Of a stretch of DNA of 64,000 bases, positions 24,340 to 38,167 are shown one piece after another (within the stretch, counting starts at the first letter, position 1; each line of letters starts with the position of its first letter). Location of the stretch: positions 20,770,001 to 20,834,000 of the forward strand of contig JAGIQG010000020.1 in assembly GCA_024679065.1 (NCBI GenBank). The letters are read 5' to 3'. The DNA is from Sphyrna mokarran (taxonomy: Eukaryota). The position numbers were made by a program, and so were the translations under genes. A model generated the notes under the pieces. The model had not been told where the DNA came from. It saw only the letters and a list, made by a program, of their open reading frames with translations, and did no database searches.

Positions 24340-26412
24340 GTACAGTGTCATGCTGCAATAGCAGCTATTCTCAAATACAATCATACAATTTGCAATTTTT
24401 GTAGAAATACATAGTTATTTCTGTTGGCCAGGTAATTACTCAAGTTTTAAACAAAATTCAAACATTGGAAAAGTGGGCAATTTAGCCTGTTAAGCTTGTT
24501 TCCTACCATTCATTGACTAAATTGTGATTGAATTCCATATTTATCATCTGCCTTTGCTCTAATTTAATTAATAGCTAAGGCCAACAAAAAGTTCATCAAA
24601 TCTCAGATTTAAAATTAGCAATCCAACATTCGCAATACAAATTGCCATTTATGGAAGATAAGTCCAAACTTCCAATACTCTTTGGGTGTGCAAGTGTTTT
24701 TTGTTTCTTGAAATGGCTGGCTCTAATTTATTATACCACCAGTTCTGAAACTTCTAACCAGTAGGAGTAGTTTCTCTCTACCTACTTTAGCTTCCTGTAA
24801 ATATAGTGAAACCTTTATTAAATCTCTCCTTTAGCCTTCTAGATTCCAGGAAATACAGCCCTAGTTTGTGTAATACCTCCATAATTTAAACCTTGAGAGC
24901 TCATCGTACTCCAGATTTGGTTGTACTAGAGCTTTGTATAACTGATGTGTGACTTCTACCCCCCTGTATTTTAGGCTTTTAGATATAAAGCACATTATAA
25001 GCTTTTTGGATTATTTTTGTACTTATTCATGACATTTTAATAGTTTCTGTATCTGGACCCCAAGTCTATTTGGACCTGGACTGTTTCCAGTTTTAGAATA
25101 TTCCTTGTTCTATCCTTTTAGGTCCAAAGTAGATCATCTCACATTAAAATCCATTTTCCATAGATCCAAAGAAGTGCAGGATTAGATTGTTTGACCATGA
25201 TAAAAGTGACCCTAGTGTCAGAGGAATTAGCAAGGTAAATCTGTGGCGTTATGGCAATAGAGCCTGGGTGAGATTGTTATCAGTACAGACTCAAATGAGC
25301 CGAATAGCCTGCTTCTGTACTGTACGGAGTCTGTAGACTGCCCATTCCCTTAATCTATAAAGATATTTGCAATCCTATATTTCCATCTAAATTGCTTACA
25401 ATGTCACCGTCTTTGTATCATTGGCAAATTTCTATATAAGTGGGTTTTCTATCCCATTGTCCAAGTTGTTAATAAGAATAATCCAAAGTTAAGTACCTAA
25501 CATAAGTCAATAGGAGACTAGTCACATCCTGCCATTTAGAGTGCCTGCATAATTATATCAATTCTTTGTTTCCTGCCTCTCAAATTCCCAAGCAGGTCAA
25601 TGATTTGCCTTAAATTCATTAGAGTTGATTTGATTTATTATTGTCAAATGCCTTGACATACAGTGAAAAGTATTGTTTCTTGCACACTACACATAAAATA
25701 TACTGTTCATAGAGTAAGGATTTTCACAGTAATTTCACTGCAGTGAAAATGTAAGTCTACTTGTGACAATAGCAAATAAACTTAAACATGGGGAGGAGAA
25801 GTGCAGAATATAGTTTCACAGTCATAGTTTAACAGAGTTAGAATTAAGCATAGAACAAGAGTAAAAGATGGAATTAAAGGGTATGCTGGGGACAGCTTGC
25901 AAGAAGTCGCCACATTCTGGCACTATCTTCATTTGACTGAATTGCCCAGACCAGGATAGAGGAAAGTATCAGTGTAGCTAATGAATTTAAACTGAGGCTT
26001 TATGTGATGCAATTTTTCAAAGTCATCTTGGCCTTTTGGCTAATATAAAGCTTAAGATCAAGCCCAAGAACTAACAATTTCTTATCAGGGACTTTATCAA
26101 ATAACTTTTGGAGGTCTATTTAAATAATGTCCATTGACATTCCACTATCTGCTACTTCCTAGGATCAACTAGGGGCTTCATCAATTACATTCTCTCCAAC
26201 GTAAGGTCAGCAGCAGGATCTTAGGTGATAATTGCATATTCAATAACATTCATAATACATCGAATTAGATCCTGGGCACACACAGAAAAACTAGAACAAT
26301 GTTCAGGATTGGCCTGATAACATTCAAAAAAGATTATGGAATGATTTTCTCATTATCTGGATTAATTTTCTGTTGCGTGAATTTGACATCACATCTTTCT
26401 GTTTTATTTTAG

Positions 26413-26484
26413 CGAAAATACAAAATTGAAACAGAGATTGAAAACTGGATCCAGAAATATGATGCTGACTTACAAGAAAAACAG
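26413..26484 (+). CDS. IQCD: IQCD coding exon 3
   Basis: ttttag|[24 protein letters not shown]|gtatgt, 72 nt, conserved IQCD motif. Confidence 0.9.
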
Positions 26485-27234
26485 GTATGTTTTATTGTAA
26501 AGGATGGTGAGATTATTAATGGATGTTTTCTGTAATCTTTTATTTTTGTACAGTAACTAGGAAGTTAGTGTTCTATAGTGGGGGCCTTGTAGAAAGAATG
26601 CATTTTTTGAGAATAGGAGCGATTCTAATGAAAAAAATCTAATAAATTGTTTGGGTATTTCATCATAGTTAACACTGGCATCACAGCAGAACTGAGTAGT
26701 ACAGCATAGTATTCATTTTCTGAATTGCTTGTACTAGTTTTCCAAAGGAAACATTTGTTTTTGCATGAGCCTGTGCTGTAATAGAAAACATGCATCTTTT
26801 TCCCTGTAAAAACATACTCAGCAAACACTAGCTCATTAGTGAACCAGAAGATTTTAAAAAATGCTAGTGCTGGTAAAGTTCTTTATTAGCAAGTGACCAG
26901 GATAATCCAAGGTGTTCTTACATGCCTTGAACATCCTACATAGCAGAGGGCAACCTGTTCAATCTCATCAGAAATGGTGGGAAAGACCTATAATTGATGA
27001 CTTAGCACAAAATCATCCAATAAGAGATTACAATATCAAATTGCAGTCATTCTTGAGAGATATGTCCTAAAGACAGTTGAAAAATGTCACTAAAACTCAA
27101 TTTAATGTACAGTTTGGGTGAAATACTCATTGTTACTGGACTTGCCTTAATATTCAATAAAACAGATCAGTTTGTTAACACAATGTTGATACCAATGAAT
27201 TACTAAAATCTATGAAAAATCTATGTGATATCAG

Positions 27235-27507
27235 GAGGAATATGAAAGCATGTCTAAAGTGCACAATGAAGAAACGATTCTGCTATTAGAGCTAGAAGAG
27301 AAGATTAACATGCTTGAGCCAGAATATTCTCAGATTGTGGAAGAAAGAGAAAGGAAGGCAGAAGAAAAAAAGGCGAAAGAGCACAAAGTATACCTCATGG
27401 GAAAAGCAGCTGTCGCAATCCAGTCTTTCTGGAAGGGTTACAAAGTGCGCCAATTGATGAAAGCATTGAAGAAAAAGAAAAAGGGAAAAGGCAAAAAGAA
27501 AAAATAA
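27235..27507 (+). CDS. IQCD: IQCD last coding exon with IQ motif
   Basis: tcag|EEYESMSK...AAVAIQSFWKGYKVR...KKKK*; AATAAA near 27552. Confidence 0.9.
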   Translation, partial: EEYESMSKVHNEETILLLELEEKINMLEPEYSQIVEERERKAEEKKAKEHKVYLMGKAAVAIQSFWKGYKVRQLMKALKKKKKGKGKKKK

Positions 27508-30500
27508 AGATGAGAAGATACAAGAACAAAATGAAAGAAAGATATGAAAAAATAAAACGTTCTTCTCAAGCTTTCTTTTGTAGATCATTTTTTCATATTA
27601 CTGTATACACTTAAATATATCCTGTAACCTTCAACAATTAAAATAAGTCTTCATCTTTTCTTGTGCATCAGTGTGTCTGATACTTACCTCAATCAATTAT
27701 TAAATGTACCTTTTTCTCTCAAATGCTTATCTACCTTCCATTATTCACCATACTCTAGTCAATCACATTCTATAAAGAAATCTTATCATGTGGAGTGTTA
27801 CTTAAAATGTTGTAAATTTTGAGGTGAATGGATTAATAAGTACTGCGAGAAATACAAAGGAGAAATTAGCCACAACTCTATTCACAATGTACATAGAGAA
27901 GCAAGTCCTCTTCAAGCCTTGATTTAAAATGCCCTATTTCACTCTGTGTTCAGCTGTGCTTTGCTCCCAGGCTTAAACTTGCAATTTTTCTTTTTTTAAG
28001 TAATTAACCAGCCTCCAACTTGCTTCACAATCATTTCAAATCTCAGTTAGATGCTCATACTCATACCACATTCTGATGCAGTATCCACATTTTGCTGTTC
28101 TGTATGACTTACTTTCGCAGACTGCCAATTATGCTGCAGAAGCATTACATGATGACTCAATGAAATGCCCTGTACTGTATATTCACCCAATGTTTGGTCT
28201 GAAATCGTGCAATAATTAATTTATGAATACAATAATGCACAAAGGAGAAAGAACACAATGTGACTCATTTATTCAGTTAAAAATTGTTTGAATATATATT
28301 TCTGCTAATAACTCAAACATGATTTACACTATTTTGCTTCAAAGTATACAATTACTGGATACCGGTGCATTATAGAATTGCATTAAATAAAATAATGGGC
28401 TAAAGCAAAATTACTTACAATAATAATTGACGTATTGATTTCAATGCAGATTCCATTATCAAATATATAGATAGGTTTCAAACTCCTAGACATAATGTAA
28501 AGAAAGTCGTCTTATGTGTAGGAAACTTGTAAAATGGTAAAGTTACTATTCAACACAAATGAAAACACTAGATTTGCATTTATATGACAACTTTCACACT
28601 TTCAGGACTCCCAATTGTTTTCTAGCCAATGAATTATTGGCAAATATGGCAGATAATATGTATATAGCACAGGGACCGACAAACAGCTATGAGTTAAATG
28701 CTAGCCAGAATACCAAGAGAACATTCCAATGTTAAGGGGTCTTTTATACCCATTGAATAGTTGGTTTGATATATTTGCCAAAAAACACAACATCAATAAT
28801 CAATCCTTTAGTACTGTACTGAATTGTCAGTCTCAATTGCATGCTTAATCCAATAGTAAGGCTTGAACATTCAGACACTGAGGCCAGAGTACTCCGGAGC
28901 CAAACTGAACCAAACATTCAATTCATAAACAGCAGCACTACACTAAACCAAGTATAAATTTAGAAAATGTCTTCTACATTATTATAGAGAATGGTAAATG
29001 GCAAACATATTTCCTGCTCTCCATCTCTCAATGACTAAAACACTGCCAATGGAACCTGCCCACCAAAAGGCTGGCTGTCCTGCAGCTGCCTTAATTGTTC
29101 TAAGGTCCTGCCTTAAAAGAGTGATCAGTCATTCTGATAGCCTGGCAGCTCTAATGCCTGCAGTGACAGGTTTGAGCTGTGGTCACTGCTAAGATTACAT
29201 TTAGTCCCATGTCAAGAGGTGGTCAATGGGGCTTCAAGTTAATTCTGGAGTACTGGCAGACCCTGGCTGGCAAACTCCATTGAGGGAGTTTTGGGGGAGG
29301 ATCTGTGTCTGAAAGGCTGGGGGAAGAGTTAAAGGGGGACTGGATCTGGAGGGTGGTTGCCTCCGATCAGAAAAGAGGATTGCTAAAGGATGTTCACCTC
29401 ATTACCCAACACCAGCTTACACAATAAAAACTGTCAGGGTACTAACTTAGCGTAGGCATCCCCTGCCATGGATAAAACTGCAGTGGAATGAGGCACTTAA
29501 GTGACCAGTAACTGGCTTTCTCCACCCAGCATAAAATAGGGGCTGACTCAGAGCAGGCAGTAAGACAGTGGGTAGGCCACATACCACACTCTACAACCAT
29601 CACCATCCACTCCCAAAGACCAGTCATCAAACATATCAACAAATGACTCCAAAGAACCCAAGAAAGTCCACAGGTATAATCTTACCAGCTCAACTCACAG
29701 ATCCATCAGCATGTTGAGCTGGAAAAAGTGTGCAAAGCCAAAAATCCGACTTGTGCCTGGTGCAATTAGATTGCTATCTTTCTGGCTTTATTTTGCTGGC
29801 AAAAAGAACTTTGTACCCAAAATGGGCCTGACGTGGAATTGACTACATTTAAATGTAGTTACCAAGTTCATCCCAGTCCTCCGCCTCCAGGATGCTTCTT
29901 CCTCTTACCAGTAAGAGGTCAGGCTAGCAAGAATCACTATTGCTTCGCAATAGCAAGGATCAGGTGCCATGGTCACAATGGGAGAAGGGGGTAGGGGGGA
30001 TTAGAGGTGAAGTCCTGGGTGGTTCGGGGAATGGCCAAGTAGTGCCCATAGGGCAGTATCAACTTGGTACCTTGGCAATGCCTGGACAGGGACCATACGC
30101 GTGGCAGGAACTGCCAAGAGGGTGGGGTTTCTGGAAGTGGGGCTAATGATGGGGAGAGGTTTGCATAATGGCAGGGGACCTATGCAAAAGGATCCTACGC
30201 AAGGGGGCATTGTGTGAGGGGGCTATGCAAGATTATACAGGGGGATCCAGGAAACTCATTGTGAGGGTCCTGATACCCCAATGCCAGCAACCTGGGCTGT
30301 TGGTGCAGGGACTGACAATGTCGCTGATGATGGGGGTATATGGGAGGTGGTTTCTCGTTTCACTGGTAGGTCAGTGCACCTTGCACAATGGCGCCCAAGT
30401 GCTCTGAACCTCGCCTCAAAAGCACTCTTAAGGTTCCCCCCACACTCTCCCCGGATGACAAAAGCACCCATCTGTCAGAAACATTGACAGAGTGCTGGAA

Positions 30501-31654
30501 GGTTGCAGTGCTGCGTTCTCCCCAAAAGACCAGCATGGAAAACTCTGGATTTCATACTGTTATGACATTAAGAAATCTTTTGGAAGATTTCATCCTATTA
30601 GTTTGACTAGGCTATTTTATTCAAGAAAACTGCAAGAGACTTCATGATATTGTGTTGGTAGATAAAAACATACTCATTGCTAACTTGGCAAAAGATAGTT
30701 TCTCCAAGTGTTTGCCCTGCAGTGAAACTGCCCACCAGGGATGGACAGCATTGATCACAGCCCATTATTTCCTGAATAAACTTCATGGAGGACAGGAACA
30801 GTATGTTTTTTTCTTTAAGATCCACTTATACACTTGCTTTCTGCAAACCTCATATATGCTTACTGATCTTATAATCTTTGGATGTCCTATATTTTGTTTG
30901 ATGAAAACAGGTAGTTATGATGATTAAAAGATCAACAGATAATTAAAGCATAAACGAGTTCAGTGCTGATGCTTTTCCATTCTATCATAGGCTTCAGGAC
31001 TATTACACAGTTGACATGGGTAGTCTCTATGTCTTTAACTGTGCATTATTTAGTGCCAATGGATAATTAAATCCTAGTGATAGGGTGAAGGAGAAAGAAC
31101 ATGAGTGATGTTTCAAGATAGTAATATATTACATCACTGTTGTTGTGCACTGTTTTTTTACCAGCTAGTAATGCCTGCACTTCCAGCTGCAGTGAAACAA
31201 TCATCATTATGAAAATATTATACTAATAAAATGTAGAAGTAGGCTATTTGGCCACTTGGGGCCTGTTCTGTTTACTCAGATCACACTGATCTGCACCTAT
31301 TTCATCTGCCTCTGTTACATTGGCATTAATAGTTTTTCAGAACAAAAATCTATCATTCTAAAAAATTCCAACTGTCCCAGTTTTACAGTCTTTAGAGGAG
31401 CATTCCAGATTTTCACTTCTCTTTCTGTGAAATAGTGCTTCCTGATTTTGCTTCTAAATGGTCGAGCTCACTTTAGGATATTATGACCCCTTGTTCTGGA
31501 TTTCCCAAATAAAATAATTAGTTTCTCTGGATTTATGTAATAGAGTGTTTTTTTGTCATCTTATACACCTTGATTAGAACATCCTTCAGTGGTCTAAACT
31601 CAAAGAAATGCAAGCCAAATTCTGCAACTGGTCATACAAACAGAGCACATAATT

Positions 31655-31995
31655 AACAGTGGCACACTGATTAGCATTGCTGTCTCACAGGGGGCAGAAT
31701 CTGATGCCAGCTTTGGATGATAGTCTGTGTGGGTTTTGAATGTTGTCTCCGTGTCTGCATAGGTTTCCTCCAGGTACTCTGGTTTACTCCAGAGTAAATG
31801 TGCATGTTGGGTGGATTAATCATGCTAAATTGCCGCTTAGTGTCCAAAGATATGCAGGCTAGGTGAATTAGTCATGGTAAATGCATGGGGTTACGGGATA
31901 GGGAAGAGGGAAGGCCTGAGTGGGATGGTCTTTCAGAATCAATGCAGACTCAATGGGCCAGGTGGCTTCTTTCTGCCCTAGGGAATTTTATGATA
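31655..31995 (+). mobile_element. HE1-like SINE
   Basis: Head, core and tail as at 23365. Confidence 0.75.
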
Positions 31996-32893
31996 TACAA
32001 ATACATGAATTGGGAGCAGTCAGCCATTCAGTCCCTTGAATCTTCTCTGCTATCTGATAAAATCATGGCTGATCTGATTGTGTCCTCATCATCACTGTTC
32101 CCTGTACTCTTTGACTCCCTTGTCAATCACAAATCTTTCTGACTCAACCTTAAAAATATTAAATGAACTGCCTTTCACTGCTCTCTGGAGAAGGCCCTCA
32201 GAGAAGAAGTTTTTCCTCCAGTCTTAAATGGGAGATTAGGACAGTCTCTCCCATAAGGGGAAACATGCTCTCATCCTGTCAAGTGCCCTCAAGATCTTAA
32301 ATTTCAACAAGATCACCTCTCATTCTTCTAAATGTTAATTGATAAGGGCCCTTATAGGATAACCCTCGTATGCGTGAAGTTTTGGGGCTATGAATCATGA
32401 TTAGGTCCACAACTACATTTGCAGGGATAAACAAATTTGTGAGAAGGGGGGTCATGAGCAAGGAGAAGTTGATTGTACTCCAGGTGAGATCCGGCTAAGG
32501 CTCATTATCTCCCCTTTACCTTCTAGTGTCTGTCAGATAAAGGCCAGCATTTCATCTTCTTGATTATTTTCCTGTCCACTTTAATGATTGGTCTTGACCT
32601 GGATATTTAAATCTTGTTGCCCTTCTACAGTTTCTAATTTTGGCTTATAAGAAAACGTTACAATTTATCTTTCTTGGGCTCACACTTAAACTGAGTTTCA
32701 TTTGCCACTTTTGCCTACTCACTTAAAAGAACATCATTCTTGAAAAATATTCATTAGCACTGGGACTTTTGACAAATTAACCGAAAACAACATGATATGG
32801 TCCCTAGAAACTGGAAAATGTAGCTACCTCCCTATTCCAAAGTGGTTTTGGAAATACCTCATTCTCTTTTATAGCCCAATCCAGTTGTCATTT

Positions 32894-33449
32894 TTAGTAC
32901 TTCCAGGGTGGGTTTAAGATGACAGAACTTGTCATCTTGGACTGGCTGTGTGAAACAGAATCCGACCTACTACCAGGTTTCTGTTTATTGTAATGCTGCG
33001 GTCCTGAGTGTGAAGTCAAAGCTGAAATTGGTCTATACTGCAATTGCTCTGTATTCCTGGAATCTATTTTGACTATTTTTTTTCTAGAGCTTGATATCCT
33101 TGTTAAAGACTGTGGTCGTTCTCGAACAGGGGTGTCGTTAGCAGAGTCATTATCACTATTTGGCCTCTTCCAGTAATCTGCTTTGCCTCTGTATTCAGTG
33201 ATAAAGTCATGACAAGATTCTCTTGTGTTTGAATATGGTGATTTCACTGTATTTCCTTTGGCAAACGAGAATGGAGCGCTATGAGAACAAGATTCATTTG
33301 AGCTAATTTTATGTACTGAGGGAGTCCACAGGAGTGGTCGTATCTTTATTTTATCTTCTTGAGCAGTCCATGGTGCCTCCCAGTCTGCATTCTCTTGCTT
33401 TGAGCCAAAAAGAGTCTCATCACAGTAGCTGGGCATTTGGCATTTTAAC
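32894..33449 (-). CDS. RITA1: RBPJ-interacting and tubulin-associated protein 1, last coding exon
   Basis: Polypyrimidine acceptor then (R)LKCQMPSYCDETLFG...PLLWTP...PPWKY*, with RITA motifs. Confidence 0.9.
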
Positions 33450-35119
33450 CTTGGTTAAAAAGAAAAAAAATAATATAATATTCACTTAATGGACAAGACA
33501 TGACTTACAATATTTTCTTGATTACATTTTGGAAGCAAGTCATTAAGACAGATTGTACTATTTTGTAACAATGAGCAAATTTCGATGCCAACTAGCATTA
33601 TACGCACGTGACACAGAAGAAACAGAATGGTTTAGACGGAATGTTTCATGAAAGTGTTCCTTCGGGTCATCCAAAAATTCATTAGCATGATTAAAAACAC
33701 AGATGCTGAACTATCAAATTGCATGGCTTGGCAAGATGGTTCAATGTAATTCTCAATATTGCAATCTATCAGTACATGACTGGAAGTAATTAAAATTCAC
33801 TGAAATTTCCCTGATCATGATTACGTAAAATGGATAAAGAATTGCCAATTTAGTGGTGCTTTATTATTTATCATTTGGTTGACCATTCTGCAGAGATAGA
33901 AGCTTTATTATATGAATTTATTACATGATGCAGGAATCGTCTTAGAATGTGACAAAACTCTTGAATTTGATATCTTTATTTTCCAATCCAAAGAACATTT
34001 GATTAATTAAATCTGGTACAAATAATTTAGCATTTTGTTTTCACAAAAAGATTGTTTCACATTTTCACATGTACAAAGACACATGAACTTGGATATGTCC
34101 TGAAAATTGATGTGGGCATGATGATGAGCATTAAATTTTTACTGAATGTGAGCACTACTCATGTTGTTTATTGGCTGTCTTGATCAACAAGGATTCAATA
34201 ACCTTGGGTGCTGGCGCCTTTTAAAGGCAGCATGCACATCTGTGCATTTTTGCAACAAGTGTTGCAGGTTTTTTTCAAATCTGAATCAGTGCTGTAATAT
34301 TGTGAACAATGGCTGGGCATGGGGGCAAGCGAGCACCAAGGTCTGCAGACAATCCACTGGTCTAGGTGGAAAGAGAGATATCCTTAATCCAATATGGGAG
34401 TGGGGAGGGAAGTCCTCCAGACACATACTCAGGAGATATCAAGAAGAAATAACTGCAATCTTAAAATCCCTACAGTGTAGGATGAATGGCCTCCTTCTAC
34501 ACAGTGTAGAGAGAAATCTCAGAAACTTATCACATTCTAACAGGTCTAGGCAGGGGAGATGCAGGAAGGATGTTCCCAATGGTTGGGGTGTCCAGATCAA
34601 GAACCATAGTCTAAGGAGCTAACCATCTTCTCTTCAAGGTTATAATAAGGTAAATCATGGTAGATTATTTTCTGTGGTCAATAACAAGGTCCCCAAGGGA
34701 ACACAGCTAAAATAACAAAAAGAATTTAAGAGGATAAACAGAAATTTATTTACATGAAGTGTACATAAAGTGTTCAAAATGTGGAATTCTCTGCCATATA
34801 AAATTGTTGAACCACAGTCCATAAGGCCTCTTATATTAAAAAAAATTATACAGTAGGGATTTGGGATTTGACCAGTGACTCATGGTAGAAAATACACCTG
34901 CAGACCAGATCATGGACCAGATGACATCCATGCAAAATTTTTCAATTCAATTCTATGATCTGGAATATCCCTCCAACAAGAAGTATTGAGTTGGTGTTAC
35001 TGCGTGCAACACAATTTATCATTCTATTGACAGGAGAATTCAGTTACTATTCTATGTGAATCATTTGGCACCTAATGTATTACACTAGAATCCAAACATT
35101 CGTACATTGTTTACAGTAC

Positions 35120-35424
35120 CTGTATTTATTCTTTTTGATTGGTGTGCTACCACACTTGGATGGGTTTGGAACTGGACCAATTTCTCCAGTTGCAGTCGGC
35201 CTTATTTGTGAACTTGGACTCCACATTAATGGGTGTTGAGCACGAGACTGAGATGTGGAACCCCATGGTGGTTCAAATTCAGCCAGTGAACTTTGAAGTT
35301 CATTAGATTGGCCAAATAAAGTTTCATCCACATAGGAAGTCTTTGCTCTAACTCTATAACGACTGCATCCTTTATGACGTACATGACTGGATTGAAAATC
35401 AGTGACTGATAAATTGCCTGACAT
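35120..35424 (-). CDS. RITA1: RITA1 first coding exon (exon starts at 35481)
   Basis: MSGNLSV...YRVRAKTSYVDETLFG...KKNKYR; phase-2 donor AG|gtactg joins in frame to 33449. Confidence 0.9.
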
Positions 35425-35959
35425 TCCTAGTCCTTGAGATGGTTTGGTCGTTTTGGTCTTTTCAAATATAGCGGAGTCAATCTAAAGAAGAGATAAATGA
35501 AGAGAGTTTTTTCTTAAATAAAATATTTTCAGTAATTCTGTGCATCAGTGTATTATGAGGTTCTGAAAATTGTTAAGACATATAATTACTTCAAATTGTA
35601 GCTCCTGTACCAACACCTGGATGAGGTCAGCTGATACAGCAGAGACCAGCAATCAAACTTAGGAACTTATTGATTTTTGTGGCTCAAAGATTTCTAGGTA
35701 TACATTAATAAGCCATTAGTGATTCTTCGCTGTTTTTAATATATCAATCAGTGAAACATTCCAATCTCAGTATCAACAATTCAATGATACTGCAATGATA
35801 GATTGTACTGCCAGTGTAATATTATATTGCAGGATGAAAATAACTGATGTGCCACATAACATGGTAACTCAAATGATATATTAAAAATCACGCAATCCCC
35901 AAAAATAGAATACCATTTCTGCTTTATAGGAAGCAATATTATGTTACTCTGGTCCACTC

Positions 35960-36200
35960 CTCTATGATCCCAACAATTCATCACCATTTCTCAGCATTAT
36001 CCCATGCAATCACAGAATGTATAACACCTGCCCCTATAACTTCTCACTCCTCAAGGCAACAAACTTTTTTCCAAGAAGTAGCAATTTGTTTGTACTTCTT
36101 TCAATTTAGCATACAGTATTTGCTGCTCACAATATAGTCTCCTCGACATTGGGGAGATCAAACGTACACCAAATGATCAGTTTAGACATAGAATGTCATT
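35960..36200 (+). mobile_element. Decayed Penelope GIY-YIG endonuclease fragment
   Basis: SFNLAYSICCSQYSLLDIGEIKR resembles the NLVY-C-C-YIGETKR GIY-YIG motif. Confidence 0.55.
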
Positions 36201-37679
36201 TGTGACTATGATAACAAGCATCTCAATACTGTGCCAAGGCAGAAATTTGAGTGGAGGAATTCAAATCATAGAATTCCAGGAAAAACGAGCACAAATTTGG
36301 GGTTTGGGAGACACCTTGGAGGAGAGATTGAGGTTGGAGAAGGAATGTGGACAGAGAAAGGGGTCAATGACTCTTCTTCTGAAGAAAAGGTGATGACAGA
36401 ACATTTAAAGGAGAGGGCAATGGTACCAAAGAGAAAATTGTTAACTGTGCTATTAACTGTGATTCTAAGTGAATAGGGAGAGACTAGACACAGAAGGAAG
36501 TAAGGTATGGAAGGGGAAAGAGGGCAGTGGATGGAGAGTGATGAGTCATTAATCAGAAATGACCTCATCTGTGATCGACAACATGGATGCATGGTCATGT
36601 AAAGTGGCAAGTGGTTGTAAATATGAGTTTGGGATTTTATTTGGATGGAGAGATTAAGGAAGGATGGGAAGGAAATGAACTCAAAAGAAAACCTGATGAA
36701 TTGAAATGCAGGTTGAAATCACTGAGGATAAGAAGTTGGTATCTTGGTCAGAAACCTTTTATGATAGTTAAGTGGCAGTAGATAAGTGAGGAGTTTAAAT
36801 CTAGTCTTATATAATTGAAGACGTCTTTACTTTTTCAAACTCCTTACAAAAAACAAAGGCCAACATCTTATCTGCTTTCCTAAATTGCTTGCCACCAGGA
36901 AGGTAGCTTTCTGTGAATTTGTATACGGGGGACGCCTCGAATCTCCGTACAAACCGATGTTACGAAGGGTACTTGAATCCAGACTTGAAACGTTGGCCAG
37001 TATTTTACCGTCCCATCAGCCAGGGAAATCAAAGCGGATGAGGGGCGAAGCGTGAAAAAGTCTATTGACCTTGGGTGGGATTTTTACGGTTTCAGGACGA
37101 GCGAGGGAGTAAAATCCCGCCCGTTGGGCTCTGTTCTCTCCCCGCAGATGGTGTCTGTCAGATCTGCTAAGATTTTCCAGCGTTTTGGTCTCAGGTTCCA
37201 GCATCCGCAGGGATTTGCTGATATTGAATTTTGACGTTGGTGGGGGGGGGGGGTGCATTCTACTTTACCATCCTCCTAACAAAAATGAATAAGTCCACGC
37301 TTCAATCCCACAAAAAATGCCTCTATTAGTTGCCACTACAAGTCTGGGCCCATCTCGCCAAAACAGGAAGTTTACTCTTCCAGCGAAGTGGATCCCTCTC
37401 CAACCCCCGAGCAATACAGGCACCTGGTGGGCGACGCAGCAGTGCGGCTCACACCTGTCCAGGTGAGCTCTCGCCGCACAGGTAATGTGCCCACCTCGCG
37501 CCGCTATTATGATGGCAGCAATCACCAGGGCGAACCTGTGGAGCGAACCATCGCTAGTAGGGAGAGGGGGGTAAGCATTGGCACGACAGACAGACGGTAG
37601 ACGTGATAAAACACCGCCAACATTAAAAAAGAACACTTTGATCACTCTGTAACTTCAGCACGGGTAAATCAAGGAAATT

Positions 37680-37857
37680 ATACACTTATCAACATTGTAC
37701 CATGTTTGATGGTGTACTCTCCACCCCTCGTTGCTAAGAAGAGAGTGGACGCACCCAGTGATCTCTGACCCGGTTGGGAGCTGCGGCGCACGCGCCGTTC
37801 GGGGGCACACGCGTGTGCCGGCTCGGACCGTTTAGATTCAGTTGGTTGGGAGCCCAA
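37680..37857. promoter_or_regulatory. CpG-rich bidirectional promoter RITA1/DDX54
   Basis: CpG-dense island between divergent genes; GTTGCTAAG X-box half site at 37730; 16-bp palindrome GGCACACGCGTGTGCC 37804-37819; YY1-like AAATGGCG over the DDX54 ATG. Confidence 0.65.
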
Positions 37858-38001
37858 ATGGCGCAGAAGAAGAAACGGCCCAACAAGCGGAGGAAGCCCC
37901 GGGCCCACTCGAAGCCCCACCACCGGGACGTGGATGTGGAGAGTGACGGTGGCGAGTTCCAGCTGGCCCCGCTAACCGAGGAGGATGATGGCGTGGACAA
38001 G
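37858..38001 (+). CDS. DDX54: DEAD-box helicase 54, exon 1
   Basis: MAQKKKRPNKRR...ESDGGEF...DK|gttggt; similar to the DDX54 N-terminus; phase 0. Confidence 0.8.
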
Positions 38002-38167
38002 GTTGGTGGCCGCGAGCAAGGGTTTTTTTTCCCCCCCCTCTCTCCGCCGGCGAGGCCGACGTGCCTGTCAAACCAGAAATCTGAAAACCCAAGCTGGTAA
38101 GATTCAGGGGTCGGAAACAATTTTAATACTTCTCATCAATACTTTTCGCCCGTATCCGGTAGAAAGA

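Noticed and set aside
29670-30600. Cluster of overlapping short ORFs in a GC-richer patch
   Set aside because: Resembles the patch at 10815-11520; likely an old non-autonomous repeat with chance ORFs.
30607-30927. Short ORFs between IQCD and RITA1
   Set aside because: No recognisable homology or exon structure.
37265-37770. Exact non-coding first exon of RITA1
   Set aside because: Several candidate minus-strand donors (e.g. 37268, 37700); cannot choose without transcript data.
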